Made by a program: the position numbers and the translations under genes
Shown here: one piece after another, positions 17,504 to 24,989 of the stretch
How positions within the stretch are numbered: position 1 is the first letter of the stretch
Layout: every line of letters starts with the position of its first letter
Notes under the pieces: generated by a model
Databases searched by the model: none
Seen by the model: the letters and a program-made list of their open reading frames with translations, nothing else
Told to the model about the DNA's origin: nothing
Origin: Deltaproteobacteria bacterium
GTDB taxonomy: Bacteria; Myxococcota_A; Polyangia; GCA-2747355; JADLHG01
Direction: 5' to 3'
Assembly (NCBI GenBank): GCA_020848905.1
Contig: JADLHG010000020.1
Coordinates: forward strand, 8,230-72,229
Length of the DNA: 64,000 nucleotides

Positions 17504-18286
17504 TCAGAGGCCGAAGACGGCCCGCAGCGCGGGAGCGATCTCGAGCGTCGCCTTCTCGTTGATCACGGGGAGGGCCATGCCCGTGCGCTCGCCCCGCCCG
17601 TGGTCCTGGTCCTGATCGCCGAGGCCCATGAAGCCGCCGAAGGCCTCGAGCGGGGCCGTCGGTACGGTGGTCAGCGCGCGCGTGGGCTTGACGTACCACT
17701 GCGGCGTGTGCCCGTCGAGCAGCGCCGCGGTGAGCGTCTCGAGGGTCGCGGGGTCGACGATGGTCGAGGTGCCCCGCCGGGTGTTCTTGGACGTGCTGCG
17801 CGTGAATCGGCCCTGGCCCAGGTTCTCGCCCTGCCGCGCGCGGCCGAAGAAGAAGGCCGTCGCGTTCTCGCCGAGGCCGCGCTGCACGCGCATCGCGCCG
17901 TAGCTGTTCTGCCCGTTTCCGCCGGCGCGCTGTGTGCGGTCGAGGATCACCGTGCTGGCCCCCTGCCCCGCGACGAGGCGGAGCTGCGGGCCGGTCAGGT
18001 AGTCCTGGGCCGAGAAGACCCGCAGCCCCTCGACGCCGGCGCGCGCGACCTCCTTGGCCACGGCCAGCGGCACGGTGAGGCTGAGCAGCTGATAGGAGCC
18101 TTCCTTGGCCATGCGCGCCGAGGCCCCGGAGCCGGTGTACACGAGGCCCCCGTAGTAGCCGTCGCGGATCTCGATCTTGACGGCCTTCTTCCCCGCGGGC
18201 GTCATCGTGACCACGGGCGCCGCGAAGGCACCGCTCGAGGCCAGCAGACAGAGCAGCGAAGACCCGAACCCGACACGCAGACGCAT
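17504..18286 (-). CDS. hypothetical secreted protein
   Basis: In ORF 17504..18496, the ATG at 18286 (or 18301) gives the signal peptide MRLRVGFGSSLLCLLASSGAFA|AP. The upstream part of the ORF is Arg/Pro-rich shadow. No family recognised. Confidence 0.55.
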   Translation of the reverse strand: MRLRVGFGSSLLCLLASSGAFAAPVVTMTPAGKKAVKIEIRDGYYGGLVYTGSGASARMAKEGSYQLLSLTVPLAVAKEVARAGVEGLRVFSAQDYLTGPQLRLVAGQGASTVILDRTQRAGGNGQNSYGAMRVQRGLGENATAFFFGRARQGENLGQGRFTRSTSKNTRRGTSTIVDPATLETLTAALLDGHTPQWYVKPTRALTTVPTAPLEAFGGFMGLGDQDQDHGRGERTGMALPVINEKATLEIAPALRAVFGL

Positions 18287-18447
18287 GGCTTTCGCCTCCA
18301 TCGTGGAATGCAGGCGCGCTGAACTGCAATCGGCGTTCCACGAAGTCTTGTTGCAGTCGCAGGGACTTGGGTGCGTCGGAGGCTGGCGGCAGGCGGAGCC
18401 AGGTGCCGACACGTTCCAGCCGCGTCGGCGGGGAGGCGAGGAGGGCG

Positions 18448-18957
18448 CTACTTCTTCTTGGGGCAGGGGTGGCGACGCGCGGACTCCTGCTCGCACGCGG
18501 CGGACGCGTCGAAATCAGTCCGCACGCCCGTGTCCCAGTCGCAGTCCGACTTCGGGCAGACGAGGTCCGTCGTGACGAGCTCCTCCACGTCGGCGCAGCC
18601 GTTTCGGTTCGTGTCGCGGAAGCTGACCGTGCAGGTGGCAACGTGATTCGTCCAGGGGTGCGGGAAGGTGTCGCTGATCTTCGGCGCCCCGATCCCGAGC
18701 CAGCCAAGCCAGGCGAGGGGGTTGAAGCCCTGCGTGCTGCGCTCGCCGACCACGCCGCCCTTGGCGACGTAGGAGCGGCAGAGGGCGAGGGCCTCTCGAT
18801 TGTCGACGCTCGGGTCCGCGGTGCGAACCTGCGAGGCGCAGCTCTCGATGCTGCCCGGATTCGGGTCGCCTCCCTCGTCACCGCAGGCCGCGAGGGTCGA
18901 CGCCATGCCGGCGAGGAGGCAGACCGCGATGAAAGATACAGATCGGCTGACGCGCAT
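18448..18957 (-). CDS. small lipoprotein, tandem paralogue 1
   Basis: ORF 18448..18957. Lipobox STLAAC|G. It shares GDPNPGSIESCASQVRTADPSV...LCRSYVAKGGV.GERS.QGFNP.AWLGWLGIG.PK with the neighbouring gene. Conserved Cys pattern. Confidence 0.7.
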   Translation of the reverse strand: MRVSRSVSFIAVCLLAGMASTLAACGDEGGDPNPGSIESCASQVRTADPSVDNREALALCRSYVAKGGVVGERSTQGFNPLAWLGWLGIGAPKISDTFPHPWTNHVATCTVSFRDTNRNGCADVEELVTTDLVCPKSDCDWDTGVRTDFDASAACEQESARRHPCPKKK

Positions 18958-18983
18958 CGTGGACTCCGTGGGTGCGTGGGGCG

Positions 18984-19502
18984 CTACTTCTTCGCGCAGC
19001 GGTAGAGCTCGGTGAACTTGTCGGTGCAGACCTCGACCGTCTCCGGAACCTTATCCATGTCGGGCTTGCCGTCCTTGAACCAGCTACAGGCCTGCGTGGG
19101 ACAGTCGACGACCGCGGACATGGCCTCCGGCGCGTCGTAGCAACCGTTGTTGTTCTTGTCGCGGAGCGTGACGGTGCAGGTCGCGGCCTCGGTGGTCGTC
19201 GGATACGAAAAGCTCTTCGTCACCTTCGGGGTGCCGATGCCGAGCCAGCCGAGCCAGGCGAACGGGTTGAAGCCCTGCGCGCTGCGCTCGCCGAGGACGC
19301 CGCCCTTCGCGACGTACGAGCGGCAGAGCTGGGCCGCCTCATCCGCTTCGACACTCGGGTCCGCGGTACGAACCTGCGAGGCGCAGCTCTCGATGCTGCC
19401 CGGATTCGGGTCTCCGACCTCGCTCCCGCACGCCGCGAGGGCCGGGAGGAGGCACGCGAACGTCGCGAGACGAACCCAACGCAAGGACGGCTTGGACGAC
19501 AT
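18984..19502 (-). CDS. small lipoprotein, tandem paralogue 2
   Basis: ORF 18984..19502. Lipobox PALAAC|G. The N-terminal half is near-identical to 18448..18957; the C-terminal half has diverged. Confidence 0.7.
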   Translation of the reverse strand: MSSKPSLRWVRLATFACLLPALAACGSEVGDPNPGSIESCASQVRTADPSVEADEAAQLCRSYVAKGGVLGERSAQGFNPFAWLGWLGIGTPKVTKSFSYPTTTEAATCTVTLRDKNNNGCYDAPEAMSAVVDCPTQACSWFKDGKPDMDKVPETVEVCTDKFTELYRCAKK

Positions 19503-19674
19503 CTTCGACTCCTGGGGCTCGAGGTCTGTCCGCGGCCTGTGCAGAGCATGTGCCAGGTTGTCGCGGTGATGCGGGCGTGCAACTTCGGCGGGTTGGCGGG
19601 AGCGAGGTCGGCGGTGAGCGGCGGGTGGAGTGACCGGTTAGGGGAAGCGAGGCGCCAGGTCGCGAGGCTCGCGG

Positions 19675-20862
19675 CTAGCCGCGCTTGCGACGCCGGCCGA
19701 AGCCGAAGGCCAGGGCAACGAAGGTGAGCAGGACGAGCGGCAGGCGCGCGTCCGAGCCACCGACGGTGCAGCCGGTGTCCGCCTCCTCGCCCGAGAACTT
19801 CGGTCCCGAGACGCGGGCGTCGCTGCCCGGTGCGGGCGAAGGCCCGGCGTCGGTGCGGCCGGCGTCCTTCTTCACGGGCCCGGCCTCGCCCGACGGACCC
19901 GCGTCGCACTTCACGTAGGTCGTCTCGTAGATCGTCTGGCGGAAGTCGGCCTGCGCGGGGTCCTTCTCGAGGCTGATGTCTCCGGTGAGCGCGCTCCCCC
20001 AGAACTGGAGGTCCAGCTTGGTCAGGCGATCCCCCGCGAGCGCCAGCTTCGCCAGCTCCGGGGTGCCGGCGAGCTGCGCGCTCGAGAGGCTGCCGGAGAA
20101 GCGGAGCTGGCCGGCCACGCCCTTCGTGAGCGTGCGCTGCTGCTCCGCCGCGAGCGTGAAGACGCGCCAGCCGAAGGGTTGGCTCGCCGAGCCGCCGAGC
20201 GCGGCGATGCGCGCCGGGATGACGGCGGTCCGGGTCTCGAAGGCGAGCGTGAGCGGCCCGAGGTCGCCGCAGAGCTGCGAGCCCGGGGGCGGCGCCTTGC
20301 TGTCGGCGGTGATCTTGAAGGCCACGAAGTACCAGCCCTGCGTCACGTAGTGGCCGAAGGTCGCGGCCGAGGCCTTGTCGTAGGGGAACTTGTTCGCGTC
20401 CAGCCAGTCGGTGAAGGCGGCCGCGGTGTCGGCCTTGAGCAGGACCCAGTCGAAGATGCCGACCTGGCCCTTGTTCACGACGGTGACCTGCGAGGCCCCG
20501 GCGTCGGGCCCCTTGCCCCCCCAGCCGCCCGGCTCGGGCACGCCGCGGTCACCGAGGCAGGCGGTGCGCTTCTCGATGCGCGGCGCGGAGAGCGCCTCGA
20601 GCTCGGCGAAGAGCTTCACGTCGGCCAGCGAGGGATTCGCGAGGAGCTTGCCCGGCACGGGGAGCACGAGCCCGAACTCGGCCGCCTGGCCGCAGAAGTG
20701 CGGGTTGAAGACGTAGGTCTCGCTGGTGCCGCGGAAGGCGATCAGGATGCGCTGCGAGGGATCGATGTGCAGGCCGTCGCCGAAGCCGCCGCCGCAGGGG
20801 AGCGCGACGCGCGGCACGAGCACCAGCGTGGAGAGCACGAGAGTCGTCAGGGTGCGCAGCAT
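19675..20862 (-). CDS. DUF2330-like secreted protein with MYXO-CTERM-like tail
   Basis: In-frame ATG at 20862 in ORF 19675..21162. The signal MLRTLTTLVLSTLVLVPRVALP runs straight into CGGGF, which is the DUF2330-type N-terminus as I recall it. The C-terminus is DTGCTVGGSDARLPLVLLTFVALAFGFGRRRKRG. The start lies 2 nt after the stop of the upstream gene. Confidence 0.65.
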   Translation of the reverse strand: MLRTLTTLVLSTLVLVPRVALPCGGGFGDGLHIDPSQRILIAFRGTSETYVFNPHFCGQAAEFGLVLPVPGKLLANPSLADVKLFAELEALSAPRIEKRTACLGDRGVPEPGGWGGKGPDAGASQVTVVNKGQVGIFDWVLLKADTAAAFTDWLDANKFPYDKASAATFGHYVTQGWYFVAFKITADSKAPPPGSQLCGDLGPLTLAFETRTAVIPARIAALGGSASQPFGWRVFTLAAEQQRTLTKGVAGQLRFSGSLSSAQLAGTPELAKLALAGDRLTKLDLQFWGSALTGDISLEKDPAQADFRQTIYETTYVKCDAGPSGEAGPVKKDAGRTDAGPSPAPGSDARVSGPKFSGEEADTGCTVGGSDARLPLVLLTFVALAFGFGRRRKRG

Positions 20863-20864
20863 GG

Positions 20865-21899
20865 CTAGCTCCTCTCCGGGTAGGCGCAACGGAAGCCCAC
20901 GTTGTAGGCCCAGCTCGACGGCAGCTCGGCCTTGCGGCACGAGACGCGCAGCGAGTCGGCACCCGCGGCCCAGCAGCCGCCGCGCATCACCTTCAGGCGG
21001 CCCGAGGCCGGTCCCTGCGGGTCCTTCGTGTCGCTCGTGGCGTAGTAGCCCGCCGCGTACCAGTCCGCGGTCCACTCCCAGACGTTGCCCGCCAGGTCGT
21101 GCGCGCCATAGAGGCTCGCGCCGGCCGGGCGGCGTCCTACGCGGTCCGTATCGCCCACGCACGAACCGGGGCCGCCGTGGTTCGCCTTCAGACAGTCGGG
21201 GGCCGAGTCACCCCAGGGGTAGACGCGCTTCGACGGAGCCGGGCCGCGCGCGGCCTTCTCCCATTCGGCTTCCGTCGGAAGCCTTCCGCCGGCGAAGCGG
21301 CAGAAGGCCTGGGCCTGGTGCCAGTCGACGAAGATCACCGGGTAGTCGGCGAAGCGCGGGTCCCCGTAGTACTCGGCGCGGCGGTGCGAGCCGAGGAGCG
21401 CCGGGCGCGTGCACTGCTTCGCGGCGACGCAGGCCTCGTAGCGGCGGTTCGTGACCTCGTGGCGGTCGAGGCGCAGCCCCGAGACCACCACGCGGTGTTC
21501 CGGGCGCTCGTCGGGGGCGCCCACGCCGGCGGGGCTGCCCATCAGGAAGGCGCCGGCGGGGACGGAGACGGAGCGGCGATCGATCGTGGGCGCAGCGCAG
21601 CTCGCGAGGCCCTCGTCCACCAGCGTGTCGCAGTTGTCGTCGCGCCCGTTGCACTGCTCGGGTCGGCCCGGATGCACGGCCGCATCGCGGTCGTTGCAGT
21701 CGGGGCCCTTGGCGCAGCCGGGACCGTAGCCGTCTCCGTCCTGATCCGAGGCGCAGGAAGCCGCGGCGCCCGGCGCAGCCGAAGCAGCGCGCGCGCGAGC
21801 GGCCCCGGGCTTCTCGCCGGCCCGCGGCGTCGGAGCGAAGGCCCAGAGCGCGCCGACGGCGGCGCATAGGCCCAGGCTAAAGGTAATGGACGTGCGCAT
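20865..21899 (-). CDS. FGE-sulfatase (SUMF1/formylglycine-generating-enzyme-like) domain protein with Cys-rich metal-binding-type N-terminal module
   Basis: ATG at 21899 in ORF 20865..21989 gives the signal MRTSITFSLGLCAAVGALWA. A DQDGDGYGPGCAKGPDCNDRDAAVHPG..EQCNGRDDNCD repeat follows. The FGE-type core has HRVVVSGLRLDRHEVTN, RLPTEAEWEKAARG, GNVWEWTADWY and MRGGCW. Confidence 0.8.
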   Translation of the reverse strand: MRTSITFSLGLCAAVGALWAFAPTPRAGEKPGAARARAASAAPGAAASCASDQDGDGYGPGCAKGPDCNDRDAAVHPGRPEQCNGRDDNCDTLVDEGLASCAAPTIDRRSVSVPAGAFLMGSPAGVGAPDERPEHRVVVSGLRLDRHEVTNRRYEACVAAKQCTRPALLGSHRRAEYYGDPRFADYPVIFVDWHQAQAFCRFAGGRLPTEAEWEKAARGPAPSKRVYPWGDSAPDCLKANHGGPGSCVGDTDRVGRRPAGASLYGAHDLAGNVWEWTADWYAAGYYATSDTKDPQGPASGRLKVMRGGCWAAGADSLRVSCRKAELPSSWAYNVGFRCAYPERS

Positions 21900-22149
21900 G
21901 AGGTCCCTCCTCGTGAGTGTGCCGAGTCGCGCCAGCTTCCTGTGCGGCGCGGATCCCTCGGTTAGCAGGCCGCGTGCCAGACGCCGCACGCCTTCTACCT
22001 ACAATGATCGCAATGGCTTGAATCAGCGTTGGCGCAGCGGGCTGTGCGCCAGCCTGTGCCAAGGTCCCGGGCACAGGGCACGAAATTTCGTGCCGGGCCC
22101 TTCGTGCTGGGCCCTTCGTGCCGCGGGGCCTGGCCGTGCCGCGCCCTGC

Positions 22150-24375
22150 CTACCGGCACTCGTAGCGGTAGTAGGTCTGACCCTCGGGGCTCGTGAGGTC
22201 GATGGGGCAGCAGCGCTGGCTCGGGTCGCAGACGCGGAATTTCATCGAGGGTCCGTAGTAGTGCAGGTCGCAGATGCTCGCCTCGCTCGGGTGGCGGCAG
22301 GCTCCTTCGTAGCAGTACTCGCCGCGGCGGCAGAGTCGGCCGCAGGCCCCGCAGTGGATGGGGCCCTGCGTCGGGCCGCCCGTGCCGACCTTGAGATCCA
22401 CGCAGGCCTTGACGCAGGCGTTCCCGTGCCAGCTCGGGAAGGGGCAGAGCGTCTCGTTCGACTTGCACGGTGTGTACGGCTCGAGGTTCGCCTTGCAGGT
22501 GGCCTCCCGGCCCGGCGCACAGCACGAGCCCCCGATGCAGCTCCAGGTACCCGTGGGCGAGAGCGCCGTGCAGTCCGAGGCGCCCGACGGCGGCGGAATC
22601 CACCAGGCCGGCGGATGCGCTTCCGCCCAGTAGCGCGCGCACGCTTTCGCGTCCGAACAGAAGCTCGCGTCCCCCGTGTAGAACGGCTTGCAGGTGCCGT
22701 CGCTGTCGCAGTACTCGCCGAGCGTGCAGGCGTGGCCGCAGCTCCCGCAGTAGATGGTCTGCGCCTGGTCGTCCGGGTTGGTGTTCGGCTTCTTCGGCTT
22801 CAGCTCGAGGCAGCGCCCAGAGCAGCAGGTGAAGCCCTCCGTGCACGAGGGCGAGCAGGCGACGGTCGGGCACTCCTTCGGTGCGCTGCAGGTGTCGCAG
22901 CGCGCGCTGCAGCTCGCGCCGGCCGCGCAGCCGTTCGGGCTCGCGGTGGGGTCGCAGCGTTCACCGGGGCTCGCCTTGCCATCCCCGCAGCAGACGCACT
23001 CGCCTGGCCGCTGGCTTTGCGTGGGGCGATCCGAGACCCGCCGTCCGAAGGTCAGGTCCGCGGCGGCCGCGCTCGTCCCGTCACGTTCCACGAACGGGCT
23101 TTCCTTCGTGCCGGCCGCCCACGCCGCGGCGAGTGCCGCTCCGAGGTCCGGCTTCGCGCCCGTGACGGAGAAGTTCTTGAGCAGGTAGTGCGTGGCGGGG
23201 CAGGCGGGGAGCGCCAGGCTGGCCTCGCTGGCCTCGTCGCTCGACGCGGAGGTGAAGACGCGCTCCACCCCGGGCACCGCGGCGAGGGCGATCTGAAAGC
23301 CGCCGCTGAAGCAGGCCTCGAGGACGACGGTGATGTGGCAGGCCTTGAGCTGCTTGAGCGCGTCCGCGAGCTCGGCCTCGGAGATGAAGCGCTTGCCGAG
23401 CCGGACGTCCCAGCTCAGCGCTTCGCCCGGTCGCGCTGCGGCGACGAGCTGCCCATTGTCGTAGACCTGACCGTCCTCGCCGTAGAAGAGAAAATCATCG
23501 ACGCCGGCGGCGTTCTTGCGCGTCACCCGTCGCGCGCCGTGGGCGTTCACGAAGACCACCACCTCGTCGCAGCACTCGACCTGCGAGGCGAGGCCCGCGA
23601 GCGCCTGCAGGAAGGTGTCTCCCGCGCCGGGGTCCTTCGCGCCCCAGGCTCCGAGGAGCACGTCGAAGCCGAGCGCGCTCAGGGTGACCCACATCGCGTG
23701 CCCCGTGGCGAGGAGCAGGTCCTCGCCCGTGCCGTTGCCGGTGCCGATCACGCCGTAGCGGCGCGGCGCGCGGCCCGAGGCGCAGGTGACGTGCCGCTGC
23801 GAGGTGCGTAGCAGCACGTCCTTGGGCGGCTCGACGGTCGGCGGCGGGACGACTCGCCCACGGTAGGTGCTGTAGACCGTGAGGGCCTCGCTCGCGAGCT
23901 CGCCGAGGCGGGTCGGAAAGGCCGCGCGCCCGTCGAGGAGCGGCCAGTTCGAGGCGTGCCGGACGCTGACCGCCCCCGAGCTCTCGGAGACCAGCACGTG
24001 CCGCAGCGGGTGCTCGAGCAGCCGATGCGGCGCGTCGTCGATGACGAAGAGAAAGGAGGCCTCGCCGAGCGTCAGGCTATCCCGCCGCCCGTCCACGCCC
24101 AGGCGCGCGCCGGCCGCCGCCACCTGCGGCAGGGCGTAGACGATCACGTCGTGGTCGAGCGTCTTCCAGCCCAGCACCTCGTCGAGCACGCGCCGCTGCA
24201 CGGCGCTGAGCCCGGCCCGCGGTTCGGGCGCGGAACCGGAGGGTGGAGGGCTCTCGCTCGGGCTCTTGCAGGCGCCGCTGACGCCGACGGCCACGGCGCA
24301 GACCAGCAGGCCGAGCCAGGCGGCGGCGCGGCGGCGGGCAGGTTCGAAGCCCTCTTCTCGTTCGCGGCTCGGCAT
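22150..24375 (-). CDS. lipoprotein with clan-CD (legumain C13 / caspase-like) cysteine peptidase core and ~280-aa Cys-rich C-terminal region
   Basis: ORF 22150..24375. Lipobox GVSGAC|K. VVVFVNAHGARR (His-Gly, about codon 279) and ITVVLEACFSGGF (Cys, about codon 355) resemble the legumain/caspase catalytic dyad context. The C-terminal part (23001..22150) has repeated CGSCGHACTLGEYCDSDGTC / CGACGRLCRRGEYCYEGAC modules. Confidence 0.65.
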   Translation of the reverse strand: MPSREREEGFEPARRRAAAWLGLLVCAVAVGVSGACKSPSESPPPSGSAPEPRAGLSAVQRRVLDEVLGWKTLDHDVIVYALPQVAAAGARLGVDGRRDSLTLGEASFLFVIDDAPHRLLEHPLRHVLVSESSGAVSVRHASNWPLLDGRAAFPTRLGELASEALTVYSTYRGRVVPPPTVEPPKDVLLRTSQRHVTCASGRAPRRYGVIGTGNGTGEDLLLATGHAMWVTLSALGFDVLLGAWGAKDPGAGDTFLQALAGLASQVECCDEVVVFVNAHGARRVTRKNAAGVDDFLFYGEDGQVYDNGQLVAAARPGEALSWDVRLGKRFISEAELADALKQLKACHITVVLEACFSGGFQIALAAVPGVERVFTSASSDEASEASLALPACPATHYLLKNFSVTGAKPDLGAALAAAWAAGTKESPFVERDGTSAAAADLTFGRRVSDRPTQSQRPGECVCCGDGKASPGERCDPTASPNGCAAGASCSARCDTCSAPKECPTVACSPSCTEGFTCCSGRCLELKPKKPNTNPDDQAQTIYCGSCGHACTLGEYCDSDGTCKPFYTGDASFCSDAKACARYWAEAHPPAWWIPPPSGASDCTALSPTGTWSCIGGSCCAPGREATCKANLEPYTPCKSNETLCPFPSWHGNACVKACVDLKVGTGGPTQGPIHCGACGRLCRRGEYCYEGACRHPSEASICDLHYYGPSMKFRVCDPSQRCCPIDLTSPEGQTYYRYECR

Positions 24376-24464
24376 GGCGGCTCTCCCCGTGCACGGGCGA
24401 GTCTACCGAAGGGCGCGGAGGCGCGCGCGGGGTGCGAATCGGCGGTCGGGAGGCGGGCTCGAGG

Positions 24465-24908
24465 TTAACCCTTCATCATCTCCGCCAGGCGGCGGACGAT
24501 CTCCTCGCGCGAGACGAGCTCCACCACGGCGCAGATCGTCCAGCGGTTGCCGCCGCTGTCCTTCACCGTGGCCGAGCGATAGCCCCAGGCCTGATTCTTC
24601 GGCGGCTCCACGGAGGTCGCCCCCGCTTCGAGCGCGCGCCCGTAGGAAGCATCCACGGCCTTGGCGTCCGCCACGTAGTAGGAGAACGCGGCGGGCATCG
24701 CTTCCATCCCCATCATGGGCTCGCCGCACATCACGACGCTGTCGCCGAGGAGGAGCTCGGCGTGCATCAGCGCGCCGTTCGGGCCGTCGTAGCGATCCAC
24801 CACCTTCGCGCCGAAGGCCTGCTCGAGAAAGCGCACCACCTTGCCCGCTCCCTGGACGACGAAGGCCGGCGTGATGGTGTGATGACCGTAGGGACGAAGA
24901 TGGGACAT
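24465..24908 (-). CDS. VOC family (glyoxalase/bleomycin-resistance/PhnB-like) protein
   Basis: ORF 24465..24908. [26 protein letters not shown]...[18 protein letters not shown] and [17 protein letters not shown] match the VOC/PhnB-type pattern. No signal peptide. Confidence 0.8.
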   Translation of the reverse strand: MSHLRPYGHHTITPAFVVQGAGKVVRFLEQAFGAKVVDRYDGPNGALMHAELLLGDSVVMCGEPMMGMEAMPAAFSYYVADAKAVDASYGRALEAGATSVEPPKNQAWGYRSATVKDSGGNRWTICAVVELVSREEIVRRLAEMMKG

Positions 24909-24989
24909 GGGGTCCTCCTCTGGGGTGAAGGGTTTGCCGTGAAAAGCTGTCGGGGCGGGCCGCGGCCCGTGACGGACAGAGTACGCCCG

